Below are positions 45,855 to 54,794 of a stretch of DNA of 64,000 bases, in pieces. The notes beneath the pieces were generated by a model that worked only from the letters and a program-made list of their open reading frames with translations, ran no database searches and was not told where the DNA came from. Origin of the DNA: Frankiaceae bacterium (GTDB lineage Bacteria > Actinomycetota > Actinomycetes > JADGOV01); assembly GCA_017882785.1 (NCBI GenBank), contig JADGOV010000003.1, positions 1,076 through 65,075 of the forward strand. The letters run 5' to 3'. The first letter of the stretch is position 1; each line of letters opens with the position of its first letter. The translations under genes were made by a program, and so were the position numbers.

Positions 45855-47290
45855 CAACCCGCTCCTTCGGCACGGACCTGGCGGACGGCGTCGCGCACGG
45901 TGTCGACCAACAACTCGAGCTCATCGTCGTGGATCGCCAGCGGCGGCATGAGCACGACGACGTCGCCCAGCGGGCGCACCCAGACTCCGCGATCTCGGGC
46001 CACCCGACAGACCCGCGCGCCCACCCTGCGGTCCGGGTCGTGGCTGCCGAGGTCGATACCGGTCATGGTGCCGATGCGGCGGATCTCGCTCACCTCCGCG
46101 GCCAGCGGAGCCAGCAGGGCGGCCAACTGCTCGCCGAGCGCTGCCGCGCGTGCAACGGTCCCGCGTTCGGTCATCAGCGTGAGGTTGGCCAGCGCAGCCG
46201 CGCACGCCAACGGGTTCGCCGTGTAGGTGTGCCCGTGGAAGAACGTCCGGCCCGTCGACGGCGAGCCGAGGAAGGCCTCGTACACCTCCTCCGTCGCGAG
46301 CACCGCGGACAGCGGCAGGTAGCCACCGGTCAGACCCTTGCCGCAGGTGAGCAGATCAGGGGCCACCTCGGCGTGCTCCACCGCCCACATGCGACCGGTC
46401 CGGCCGAACCCGGTGGCCACCTCATCCGCGATGAGCAGCGCGCCGGCGGCGGCGGCGCAGCGACGCGCGCCGCGGAGGAAGTCCGCCGAATGAGTCAGCA
46501 TGCCGGCCGCCGCCTGGACCATGGGTTCCACGATGACCGCGCAGACCCGCTCACCCTCGCGCTCCATCACCTGGGCCAGCGCGGCGCACGAGGCGGCCGC
46601 ACGCTGGGAGGGAGAGCCGTCGCCGACTCCGGGTGAGGGGATCTGCCTGGTCTCCAGCAGGATCGGCCGGTAGGTGTCGGAGAACAGCCCGATCCCGCCG
46701 ACGCTGACTGCCCCCAGCGTGTCGCCGTGGTAGCCCTCGGCGACGGAGAGGAACAGCGGTCGAGACTCTCCGCGCTGAGCTGCGAACTGGAACGCCATCT
46801 TCAGCGCAGCCTCAACCGCGGACGCTCCGTCGCCGGCGTAGAAAACCCGGGACAACCCGCTGGGGGCGCCCGCGAGCAGGGCCTCGGCGAGGGCGATGCC
46901 CGGCTCGTGTGTCAGCCCCAGGAAGGTCGCGTGGTCCAGCCGGTCGAGTTGAGCGCGGATCGCCTCGTTGATGGCCGGCTCCCGGTGACCGTGCACCGTG
47001 ACCCAGAGCGAGGAGACGCCGTCGAGGTAGCGCGCACCGTCGGAGTCATACAGCCAGACCCCCTCGGCCCGGTCGATGACCAGCGGATCGTCCCCCGCCC
47101 AGAGCGCGTGCTGGGTGAAGGGGTGCCACACCGATGCCAGGTCGCGGGCCACCAGGTCGACCGTCCTGCGGCGCGCATCGGCAGCGCCTCGCGATGCTGG
47201 CGAGGATGCTGGCGAAGCTGCCGGTGAGGGCGCTGTCCGCGGGGGCGGCGGCGGGAGGCTGGAGATCGCGCGAGCCGACGTCGACGTCAC
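45854..47290 (-). CDS. bioA: Adenosylmethionine-8-amino-7-oxononanoate aminotransferase
   Basis: WHPFTQHALW...DEVATGFGRTG (class-III aminotransferase). The Pro-rich N-terminal extension is implausible; the true start is probably the GTG at 47161. Confidence 0.8.
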   Translation of the reverse strand: MTSTSARAISSLPPPPPRTAPSPAASPASSPASRGAADARRRTVDLVARDLASVWHPFTQHALWAGDDPLVIDRAEGVWLYDSDGARYLDGVSSLWVTVHGHREPAINEAIRAQLDRLDHATFLGLTHEPGIALAEALLAGAPSGLSRVFYAGDGASAVEAALKMAFQFAAQRGESRPLFLSVAEGYHGDTLGAVSVGGIGLFSDTYRPILLETRQIPSPGVGDGSPSQRAAASCAALAQVMEREGERVCAVIVEPMVQAAAGMLTHSADFLRGARRCAAAAGALLIADEVATGFGRTGRMWAVEHAEVAPDLLTCGKGLTGGYLPLSAVLATEEVYEAFLGSPSTGRTFFHGHTYTANPLACAAALANLTLMTERGTVARAAALGEQLAALLAPLAAEVSEIRRIGTMTGIDLGSHDPDRRVGARVCRVARDRGVWVRPLGDVVVLMPPLAIHDDELELLVDTVRDAVRQVRAEGAG

Positions 47291-47322
47291 GCAGCGAAGA
47301 TTACGCTCGGGCTGTGCCGAGC

Positions 47323-48831
47323 ATGGAGGACCTGGTCAGCGACCAGACGGCGCTCGGCCCGGCCGAGCTGGACTGGCTGCACCGGCTGGTCGCCGACTGG
47401 CAACTTCTCGCTGACCTCTCCTTCGCCGATCTGCTGCTCTGGGTCGCAGTGGAGGATGGTGCGGCATTTCTGGCCGTGGCCCAGATGCGACCCACGACCG
47501 GCCCGACGTGTCACCACGACGACCGCGTGGGGTGGAGCGTGCCGGCGGCGGCTCGGCCGGCGCTGCGGACAGCCTGGGTTGAGCAGCGGATCTATCGGGA
47601 AGGCGACCCGGACTGGCGCGACGGTACGCCGGTCCGTGAGGAGGCGATTCCGGTACGCCACGGGGGGCGCGCCGTCGCCGTGGTTACGCGCGAGACGAGC
47701 CTGCAGGCGGCTCGGACGCCGAGTCGGCTGGACTTGGCCTACCTGCAGTGTGCCGACGATCTTGCCGCGATGATCTCCCAAGGACGTTTTCCGTTTCCCG
47801 GACCCCCACCGGTGCACGTCGCCGGCGAGCCTCGGGTGGGGGACGGGCTGATCCGCCTCGACGCCTCTGGCGCTGTCGTCTTCGCCAGCCCGAACGCGCA
47901 GTCGGCCTATCGGCGGCTGGGGCTGTCCGGGAACCTCACCGGCGTCCACCTCGGCACGGTCACAGCCGCCCTGCTCGGCGATGGTTCGCCGAGCGGGCCC
48001 GTGACCGCGGTTGCCGAAGGCCGTGTGGCCCGCTCCGGTGAGTTGGAGGCCAACGGATCGGTCGTGGCCTTGCGGGCGATCCCGCTCCTTCCGGACGGTC
48101 GGCGGATCGGCGCCATCCTGCTTGTGCACGACCTCACCGAGTTGCGTCATCGTGACCGTCAGCTCCTCGGTAAGGACGCAACCATCCGGGAGATCCATCA
48201 CCGGGTGAAAAACAACTTGCAGACGGTAGCGGCCCTGTTGCGCCTCCAGTCTCGACGGTTGGCGGTGCCGGAGGCGCGAGCGGCGCTGGAGGAGTCCGTG
48301 CGGCGGGTGAGTTCCATCGCGTTGGTGCACGAGACGCTGTCCCAGACCCTGGACGAGCTCGTCGCCTTCGACGACGTCGCGGACCGGATCATCGCCATGG
48401 TCGGCGAGGTGAGCCTCAACGGCGGGCGCGTCCACATCATTCGTCGTGGCAGCTTCGGAGTGCTGCCGGCACCGACCGCCACGTCCCTCGCGATGGTCGT
48501 CACCGAGCTGTTGCAGAACGCGGCCGAACATGCCTTCGCCGATTCCGGGCCGGCCGACAACGATGGTGTCGGCGTGGAAGGCACCGTCGAGATCAGCGCG
48601 TCGCGCGACGACGCGGGGCTGACCTTCTCGGTGGTCGATGACGGTGGTGGACTGCCGGCCGGGTTTCTGCTGGACACCTCTGACCGGCTGGGCCTGCAGA
48701 TCGTCCAGACCTTGGTCACCACCGAGTTGGGTGGCACCATCGCGCTGCGCCCACGGCAGCCTGTGGGCACCGACGTCCGCGTTCACCTGCCGCTGTCGAC
48801 CGGGTCGCGCGCCGGTCCGCGGAACAGTTGA
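47323..48831 (+). CDS. pdtaS: GAF/PAS sensor histidine kinase PdtaS (HisKA_2 / HWE-type dimerisation domain)
   Basis: Matches M. tuberculosis PdtaS over its whole length: EWQLLADLSFAD, KDATIREIHHRVKNNLQTVAALLRLQ, LGLQIVQTLV. Confidence 0.85.
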   Translation: MEDLVSDQTALGPAELDWLHRLVADWQLLADLSFADLLLWVAVEDGAAFLAVAQMRPTTGPTCHHDDRVGWSVPAAARPALRTAWVEQRIYREGDPDWRDGTPVREEAIPVRHGGRAVAVVTRETSLQAARTPSRLDLAYLQCADDLAAMISQGRFPFPGPPPVHVAGEPRVGDGLIRLDASGAVVFASPNAQSAYRRLGLSGNLTGVHLGTVTAALLGDGSPSGPVTAVAEGRVARSGELEANGSVVALRAIPLLPDGRRIGAILLVHDLTELRHRDRQLLGKDATIREIHHRVKNNLQTVAALLRLQSRRLAVPEARAALEESVRRVSSIALVHETLSQTLDELVAFDDVADRIIAMVGEVSLNGGRVHIIRRGSFGVLPAPTATSLAMVVTELLQNAAEHAFADSGPADNDGVGVEGTVEISASRDDAGLTFSVVDDGGGLPAGFLLDTSDRLGLQIVQTLVTTELGGTIALRPRQPVGTDVRVHLPLSTGSRAGPRNS

Positions 48832-49086
48832 TCAGGCGCGGATCCCCACCCTGGCTCGCCGCTTGAGTGCGCGCCGCTCGTCCTCGGACAGCCCGCCCCA
48901 GACGCCGGAATCCTGGCCGCTCTCCATCGCCCAAGCCAGGCATTCCTCGCGGGCCGCACACTGCCGACATACGACCTTGGCCTCGTTGACCTGGGAGAGC
49001 GCCGGACCGGTGGTACCGATGGGGAAGAACAACTCGGGATCTTCGTCCCGGCAGGCGGCACGGTGGCGCCAGTCCATCAGTGTCAC
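48832..49086 (-). CDS. whiB1: WhiB-family transcriptional regulator, WhiB1-like ([4Fe-4S] cluster protein)
   Basis: MDWRHRAACRDEDPELFFP...CRQCAAREECLAWAMESGQDSGVWGGLSEDERRALKRR has four conserved Cys and a G(V/I)WGG turn. It is adjacent to pdtaS, as in mycobacteria. Confidence 0.9.
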   Translation of the reverse strand: MTLMDWRHRAACRDEDPELFFPIGTTGPALSQVNEAKVVCRQCAAREECLAWAMESGQDSGVWGGLSEDERRALKRRARVGIRA

Positions 49087-49324
49087 TCCTCCAACATCCT
49101 ACGGAGGCCGGCAGCCCCATCGCGGGATCTGTCTCCGTCAGTCCACGCTCGCGGGCTGCATCCGAGAGCCGGAAGGTACTCCACATTGAGTGCCTTTGTC
49201 GTGCCTGCGAACCCCGAGGTATCACGAGGTTCCGTTCCGCTTTCACCCTGTCAGCCGACACCGGTCAAGGCAAGGCTCATGTGACGATGTGGCCCGGCTC
49301 ACACCGAATCGGGGTATCTCGTGC

Positions 49325-50251
49325 TCAGGCGATGACGCAGAGCGCGTCGGGAACGGCCCTGAACCGTACTTCCTGTCCGGTTCCGAGGTAGTCCCCGTCA
49401 ACTTGCACGGCGACCGGCCGCACGGCGCTGACAGTGAAATCGTCCAGGTCGTGCAGCGAGAGCACCGCGCGCCCGCGCGGCACCCCGCCCCGGGCGTGCA
49501 GAATCCGTCGCACCGACCGCAACGCGATGGGGGTACCCATCCGGCGGAGGGCGACCACGTCCAGTCCGCAGTCGAAGGAGGCCGAGGGGCTGGGCACGAC
49601 CGGTCGGGAGCCGAGGTAGGTCCACGGCGAGGAGTTCGACACGATGGCCAGAAACAGGCCGTCCTCGGCCGGCTGGCCGGGACGCACCAGCCGCAGCGCC
49701 GGCCGCCTGCGGTCGGTACCGAGGTAGAAGTGCCGGATCGCGGTGCGCACGTAGGCCGCGGGCGTGGCCCGACCACCCTCGCGGCGGTGGGTCTCCACCT
49801 CGTGCACGACCTCGGCGTCGAACCCCACCCCGGCACAGAAGGTGAACCACCGGTCGTCCGCCAGACCGAGACCGAGACTGCGCCGACGGCCTTCCCGCAG
49901 CGCGGCGAGGACCTCGGACGTGGCCTCCACCGGATCCCTCGGTAGGCCCAGGGTGCGGGTGAACACGTTGGCGCTGCCGCCGGGCACCACGGCCAGGGCC
50001 GGTAGATCCTGCCGCGGGCCATCGGCCAGCAGGCCGTTGACCACCTCGTTGACCGTACCGTCGCCACCGAGAGTGACCACAACCTCGATGTCGTCGTGCA
50101 CGGCCTGCCGGGCCAACTCCACCGCGTGACCGCGACGCTGGGTCATGGCCACATCCAGCTTCAGCTCACTGCCGAGCGCCCGGGCCAGGATGTCCCGGCC
50201 GCGCTCGGTGGTGGCGGTGGCCTTCGGATTGACGATCAGCAGAGCCCGCAC
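49325..50251 (-). CDS. Diacylglycerol-kinase catalytic-domain lipid kinase (YegS/DagK-like)
   Basis: VRALLIVNPKA...VVTLGGDGTVNEVVNGL is a DAGK_cat signature. The start was trimmed to GTG 50251; the ORF-track N-extension overlaps a divergent gene. Confidence 0.8.
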   Translation of the reverse strand: MRALLIVNPKATATTERGRDILARALGSELKLDVAMTQRRGHAVELARQAVHDDIEVVVTLGGDGTVNEVVNGLLADGPRQDLPALAVVPGGSANVFTRTLGLPRDPVEATSEVLAALREGRRRSLGLGLADDRWFTFCAGVGFDAEVVHEVETHRREGGRATPAAYVRTAIRHFYLGTDRRRPALRLVRPGQPAEDGLFLAIVSNSSPWTYLGSRPVVPSPSASFDCGLDVVALRRMGTPIALRSVRRILHARGGVPRGRAVLSLHDLDDFTVSAVRPVAVQVDGDYLGTGQEVRFRAVPDALCVIA

Positions 50252-50287
50252 TGATCGAGGATACCTTTCCGGGTAGCCTCGGCCGAG

Positions 50288-50680
50288 ATGACACGAGTCG
50301 GCGGAGCCGATCCGGTGCCGCGGTCCGTTCTGCGGGCGGCGGTGTTCACCGCGATAGAGAGCGTCGGGATGTTCGCCGTATCCGGCGTCTACCTGTGGAA
50401 CGTCCTGCGCGGCTCTCCGCAGGACCGGGCCATTGCGCTGCTCGGTGCCGCCCTCGGCCTCGGGCTGGCCGCCGTGCTGGGCGTGCTCGCCCGCGGCCTT
50501 GCCCGGGGGCGACGACCGGCGCTGTCGCCGGTGGTGCTCATCCAACTCCTCATGCTGCCTGTCGGCTGGGGGCTTCTCCAGGGGCGACAGTATCTGTCTG
50601 CCGCTCTCGTCCTGGGCCTCGCGGCCGCTGTCCTCGGGTCGCTGTTCGGCAGCGCCCAATCCCGGGAGAGCTTCCGGTGA
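50288..50680 (+). CDS. Hypothetical small membrane protein (4 predicted TM helices)
   Basis: 130 aa, hydrophobic, with good codon bias; convergent with sigF. Confidence 0.45.
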   Translation: MTRVGGADPVPRSVLRAAVFTAIESVGMFAVSGVYLWNVLRGSPQDRAIALLGAALGLGLAAVLGVLARGLARGRRPALSPVVLIQLLMLPVGWGLLQGRQYLSAALVLGLAAAVLGSLFGSAQSRESFR

Positions 50681-50694
50681 GGTCAACCCCAGGG

Positions 50695-51558
50695 TCACTC
50701 CTCGAGGAGCAGGCCGGCGCGGAGCTGGGTAAGCGTGCGGGCGAGCAGCCGGGACACGTGCATCTGGGAGATGCCCAGCTCGGCGGCGATCTGGGACTGG
50801 GTCATGTTGCCGAAGAACCGTAGGAGCAGGATCCGCTTCTCCCGCGCCGGTAGCTGCCCCAGCAGCGGTTTGAGCGACTCCCGGTATTCCACGCCCTCCA
50901 GGGACTCATCGGTGATGCCGAGGGTGTCCGCGACCGCGTGGTTTTCATCGTCGCCCGTGTCGGGTGCGTCCAGGGAAACCGCCGAGTAGGCGTTCGCCGA
51001 CTCGAGGCCCTCCAGTACGTCCTCCTCGCTCATCCGAAGGTGGCTGGCCAGCTCCCCGACGGTGGGAGAGCGACCGTTGCGCTGCGACAGCTCGCTGGTG
51101 GCCTTGGCCAGCGACAGCTTGAGCTCCTGCAGTCGCCGCGGGACGCGGATCGCCCACCCCTTGTCGCGAAAGTGCCGCTTGATCTCCCCGACGATGGTCG
51201 GCGTCGCGTACGTGGAGAACTCCACACCCCGATCGAGGTCGAAGCGGTCGACCGCCTTGATCAGACCGATCGTGGCCACCTGCACGAGGTCGTCCAAGGG
51301 CTCGCCCCGGTTGCGGAACCGCCGGGCCAGGTATTCCACGAGCGGCAGGTGCATCTCGACCAACTCGTCTCGGACCCGCTGCCGCGACACCGCCGACAGG
51401 TCGGACCGGGCGAGGGAGGCGAACATGTCCCGGGCCCGAACGCGGTCGTGTCCGGCGCGCTCGCCCCGGCTCGCCCCGGCTGTCATATCCTGCGGCGTCG
51501 GCGGCATCAGGTCAGGGTGGGTGCCGTCGGCGACGACGGCCTCAGCCCGGCCGTTCAC
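50695..51558 (-). CDS. sigF: RNA polymerase sigma factor, SigB/SigF/SigG subfamily
   Basis: Regions 2-4 with DLVQVATIGLIKAVDRFD and the C-terminal HTH TQSQIAAELGISQMHVSRL. GTGA overlap with the upstream anti-sigma factor gene. Confidence 0.85.
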   Translation of the reverse strand: MNGRAEAVVADGTHPDLMPPTPQDMTAGASRGERAGHDRVRARDMFASLARSDLSAVSRQRVRDELVEMHLPLVEYLARRFRNRGEPLDDLVQVATIGLIKAVDRFDLDRGVEFSTYATPTIVGEIKRHFRDKGWAIRVPRRLQELKLSLAKATSELSQRNGRSPTVGELASHLRMSEEDVLEGLESANAYSAVSLDAPDTGDDENHAVADTLGITDESLEGVEYRESLKPLLGQLPAREKRILLLRFFGNMTQSQIAAELGISQMHVSRLLARTLTQLRAGLLLEE

Positions 51559-52016
51559 GTCCGGACCGCCGTGCGGCGGTCAGGCCGGGCCTTGCGTAGC
51601 CGGAGCGTGACTCGATTTGCCTCCACCGAGCTGTCGACCTCACCGGCCAGCGCGGCGAGGACCGTCCAGGCGAAGGTGTCCTGCGCTGGCCGCCGCCCGT
51701 CCTCGGTGACCGTCGAGACGCGGACTTCGATGGCCTCGCCTCCCAGTTCGAACGCACAGGTGATCTGCGTGCCGGGAACGGCGCTGGTCAGCAGCAGGGC
51801 GCAGGCCTCGTCCACCGCGATGCGCAGGTCCTCGATGTCTTCCAAAGTGAAGTCGAGCCGGGCGGCCAGCGCGGCGGTCGCTGTGCGGAGCACCGACACG
51901 TACGCGCTCTGTGCGGGCAGACTGATCGTCACGGTGTCAGTCACTGCCGAAAACCGCGGAGTCTCGCTCACGCCGGCTCCCTTGCCCCAGTCGAGGCTCG
52001 GAGGGTTCCCTCGCAC
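51555..52016 (-). CDS. Anti-sigma factor (RsbW/UsfX-like serine kinase, HATPase_c)
   Basis: Similar to mycobacterial UsfX (DLRIAVDEACALLL...) and located immediately upstream of sigF. Confidence 0.75.
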   Translation of the reverse strand: MRGNPPSLDWGKGAGVSETPRFSAVTDTVTISLPAQSAYVSVLRTATAALAARLDFTLEDIEDLRIAVDEACALLLTSAVPGTQITCAFELGGEAIEVRVSTVTEDGRRPAQDTFAWTVLAALAGEVDSSVEANRVTLRLRKARPDRRTAVRT

Positions 52017-52028
52017 CAGAGCCGCTCT

Positions 52029-52523
52029 TCAACCGTACCGTGAGTCGCGGGTCCCCGGCGACGCCAACCGGGTCAGAGCGGGTCCGGTGGCGCGCCAGGT
52101 TGTCCACTCCGTCATGGGCTCCGCGTCGAGGGATCGGTAGAAGTCGATGGCCGGGCTGTTCCAGTCCAGCACCGACCACTCCAACCTGGGGTACCCCCGG
52201 TCGAGGGCGATGCGGGCGAGTTCGGCCAGCAGCGCTCGGCCGTGACCCGCGCCGCGGTGCGTCGGGCGCACGTAGAGATCCTCCAGGTAGATGCCGTGCC
52301 GGCCGGTCCAGGTCGAGAAGCTGACGAACCACGCCGCGAAACCGACAGGCACGTCGCCGTCGGTGGCCACCAGGGCGAACACCCGCGGGGAGGTGCCGAA
52401 CAGGGCAGTTTGCACACTGCTCTCCTCGGCGTGCACCGCCTCCGGTGATCGCTCGTAGGCCGCCAGCTCGCGGATCATGGTGAGCAGGACCGGCACATCG
52501 GCCGGGGCCGCGGCGCGAATCAC
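52029..52523 (-). CDS. GNAT family N-acetyltransferase
   Basis: RGAGHGRALLAELARIALDRGYPRLEW is the acetyl-CoA binding motif A. The GTG start is preceded by GGGAGG. Confidence 0.75.
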   Translation of the reverse strand: MIRAAAPADVPVLLTMIRELAAYERSPEAVHAEESSVQTALFGTSPRVFALVATDGDVPVGFAAWFVSFSTWTGRHGIYLEDLYVRPTHRGAGHGRALLAELARIALDRGYPRLEWSVLDWNSPAIDFYRSLDAEPMTEWTTWRATGPALTRLASPGTRDSRYG

Positions 52524-52565
52524 CTGGAGCCTCCCGATGTCATGGGACCTCCCGACGTCATGGAG

Positions 52566-52591
52566 AGGCCGGCCCCTTCCGGGACCGGCCT
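52566..52591 (-). terminator. Candidate intrinsic terminator hairpin downstream of sodN (10-bp GC-rich stem with a GGAA tetraloop)
   Basis: GGCCGGCCCC-TTCC-GGGACCGGCC, 19-43 nt after the sodN stop. No clear U-tract, which is common in high-GC actinobacteria. Confidence 0.4.
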
Positions 52592-52608
52592 TCGATCAGC
52601 ACGGGCCG

Positions 52609-53016
52609 TCAGGCGGCTGCTTTTGTCTCCTTGAAGATCTTGTCGATCTCGGCGATCTTCTCTAAGAGCTGCGCCCCGGTGGCCGGGTCGGTCGAGCCCT
52701 TTACCCCGCCGGCGCCGGCGAGCTTGGTGGCCTCGTTGAACAGCGTGTTGAGCTGCGGGTACTTCGCGAAGTGCGGGGCCTTGAAGTAGTCGGTCCAGAG
52801 CACCCAGAGGTGGTGCTTGACCAGGTCGGCCCGCTCCTCCTTGATGGTCAGGGCGCGGGTGCGGAAGGCCGGGTCGTCATTGCCCTGGTACTTCTCCTGG
52901 ATCATCCGCACCGACTCGGCCTCGATGCGGGCCTGCGCCGGGTCGTAGACACCGCAGGGCAGGTCGCAGTGGGCAGACAGGGTGGTCGACGGGGTCAGCA
53001 GACTCCGTAGGTTCAT
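52609..53016 (-). CDS. sodN: Nickel-containing superoxide dismutase precursor
   Basis: A 14-aa propeptide MNLRSLLTPSTTLSA is followed by the Ni-hook HCDLPCGVYDPAQA, then the Ni-SOD helical core. The start was trimmed to ATG 53016. Confidence 0.9.
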   Translation of the reverse strand: MNLRSLLTPSTTLSAHCDLPCGVYDPAQARIEAESVRMIQEKYQGNDDPAFRTRALTIKEERADLVKHHLWVLWTDYFKAPHFAKYPQLNTLFNEATKLAGAGGVKGSTDPATGAQLLEKIAEIDKIFKETKAAA

Positions 53017-53072
53017 TCCTCGGCTCCTTGAGACGTCGAAAGCGCATAGACGATGAGCCGACACTAGTCCGC

Positions 53073-53414
53073 ATGCGCAAGCTCGTGGGACGGGCCGTTG
53101 TCACCGGATCGTCCATGGCACCCACGCTGCTCCCCGGGGATCAGGTGCTCGTCCGTTATCCCGGGCGGCGACGGCCCGGGGACACTGTGGTCGTCGCGCT
53201 GCCCAACCGGCCGCTCGGGGTGAAACGGCTGATCCGCCGGACGGCTGCCGGCTGGTGGATCGAGGGTGACGCTGCCGGCACGACGGCATCCGCGGACAGC
53301 CGGGTGTTCGGCAGTGTGCTGGAGGAGGAGGTGCTCGGGCGGGTGGTCTGGCGCTACTGGCCGCCGTGGCGGGGGTGTCAGCGGCCCGGCGCGGCGGCCA
53401 ACCGTTCGTCGTAG
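53073..53414 (+). CDS. sodX: Ni-SOD maturation protease SodX (S26 signal-peptidase family)
   Basis: VVTGSSMAPTLLPGDQVLVRY (catalytic Ser box) and divergent position next to sodN. Start at ATG 53073. Confidence 0.8.
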   Translation: MRKLVGRAVVTGSSMAPTLLPGDQVLVRYPGRRRPGDTVVVALPNRPLGVKRLIRRTAAGWWIEGDAAGTTASADSRVFGSVLEEEVLGRVVWRYWPPWRGCQRPGAAANRSS

Positions 53415-53989
53415 GCCCGGCACTCGAGGTAGCCGGGCAGGGCTCCCGCCGCGCGCGCCGACGCCAGCGTCGGCGCGGCGGCGTCCTTGGGGGACACGAG
53501 CAGGTCGACCCCGTCCGGCCAGGGCAGGCCCAGCGCCGGGTCCAGCGGGTTGACCGCGTGCTCGCGGGCCGGAGCGTACGGGGTGGAGCACAGATAGGTC
53601 ACCGAGGCATCGTCGGTGAGCGCGAGGAAGGCGTGTCCGAGTCCTTCAGCGAGATAGACCGCGCGACGGTCGACCTCGTCGAGGAGCACCGCGTCGTGCT
53701 GGCCGTAGGTCGGCGAGCCGAGCCGCAGGTCGACGGTGACGTCGAACACGGCCCCGCGCGGGCAGTACACATATTTGGCCTGCCCGGGCGGTACGTCGGC
53801 GTAGTGCACGCCACGCAGCGTGCCGCGGCGGCTGACGGAGTGGTTGGCCTGGGCCAGCGCCAGGGAGTGTCCAACGGCCCGCTCGACGTCCTCGCTGCGG
53901 TACCACTCGAGGAACACCCCCCGGTCGTCGGCGTGTTGGCCCGGGGTGAAGACCCAGGCGCCGGGGATGCGAAGCGGCCGTCCGTCCAA
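53378..53989 (-). CDS. rmlC: dTDP-4-dehydrorhamnose 3,5-epimerase
   Basis: DDRGVFLEWY...RGVHYADVPPGQAKYVYCPRGAVFDV are RmlC cupin motifs. Confidence 0.85.
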   Translation of the reverse strand: MDGRPLRIPGAWVFTPGQHADDRGVFLEWYRSEDVERAVGHSLALAQANHSVSRRGTLRGVHYADVPPGQAKYVYCPRGAVFDVTVDLRLGSPTYGQHDAVLLDEVDRRAVYLAEGLGHAFLALTDDASVTYLCSTPYAPAREHAVNPLDPALGLPWPDGVDLLVSPKDAAAPTLASARAAGALPGYLECRAYDERLAAAPGR

Positions 53990-53996
53990 GGGGCGG

Positions 53997-54794
53997 TCAG
54001 AGCACCTTGGACAGGAAGGCCTTGGTCCGCTCGTGCTGTGGGTTGGTCAACACTTCCCGGGGTTCTCCGGACTCGACCACAACACCGCCGTCCATGAAGA
54101 CCAACGTGTCCCCGACCTCACGGGCGAATCCCATCTCGTGGGTGACGACCACCATGGTCATGCCGCTCTTGGCGAGGTCGCGCATCACGTCGAGGACGTC
54201 GCCGACCAGCTCGGGGTCCAACGCCGAAGTCGGCTCGTCGAAGAGCATCAGCTTGGGATCCATCGCCAAAGCGCGCGCGATGGCGACCCGTTGCTGCTGT
54301 CCGCCGGAGAGCTGCGATGGGTAGGCATCGATCTTGTCGCCCAACCCGACCCGTTCCAGCAGCGTCCGACCCCGCTCGGCGGCCGCCGCCTTGGACTTCC
54401 TCTTTACCTTGCACGGCGCCTCGACCACGTTCTCCAGCGCGGTCATGTGCGGAAAGAGGTTGAACCGCTGGAACACCATGCCGATCTCGGCACGCTTGCG
54501 GGCGACCTCGGACTCCTTGAGCTCGTAGAGCTTGTCGCCCTTCTGCCTGTACCCGACCAGCTCACCGTCGACGTAGAGTCGGCCGGCGTCGATCTGCTCC
54601 AGGTGGTTGATGCAGCGCAGGAACGTCGACTTGCCGGAGCCGGAGGGGCCGAGCAGGCACATGACGTGCCCGCTGCGGACCTCCAGGTCGATGCCCTTGA
54701 GCACCTCGACCCGGCCGAACGCCTTGTGCACCCCCTCGGACCGCACCATGATGCTGTCCGGCGCGGGCGGCGTCGGGGTCAGCGCACTACTCAT
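53997..54794 (-). CDS. Amino-acid ABC transporter ATP-binding protein (GlnQ/HisP-like)
   Basis: Walker [10 protein letters not shown], signature [15 protein letters not shown], Walker [13 protein letters not shown]. The start was trimmed to ATG 54794, which has GGAGG upstream and an ATGA overlap with the permease. Confidence 0.9.
   Translation of the reverse strand: MSSALTPTPPAPDSIMVRSEGVHKAFGRVEVLKGIDLEVRSGHVMCLLGPSGSGKSTFLRCINHLEQIDAGRLYVDGELVGYRQKGDKLYELKESEVARKRAEIGMVFQRFNLFPHMTALENVVEAPCKVKRKSKAAAAERGRTLLERVGLGDKIDAYPSQLSGGQQQRVAIARALAMDPKLMLFDEPTSALDPELVGDVLDVMRDLAKSGMTMVVVTHEMGFAREVGDTLVFMDGGVVVESGEPREVLTNPQHERTKAFLSKVL

Noticed and set aside
45854-47290. Pro-rich N-terminal 43 aa of BioA as real protein sequence
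   Set aside because: It would place the bioA start 33 bp from the divergent pdtaS ATG, and it matches no BioA N-terminus. An internal GTG (47161) is more plausible but unproven.
49087-49324. Crp/Cmr binding site upstream of whiB1
   Set aside because: The only TGTGA...TCACA pair (about 49268-49291) has a 14-nt spacer instead of 6, so it is not a convincing site.
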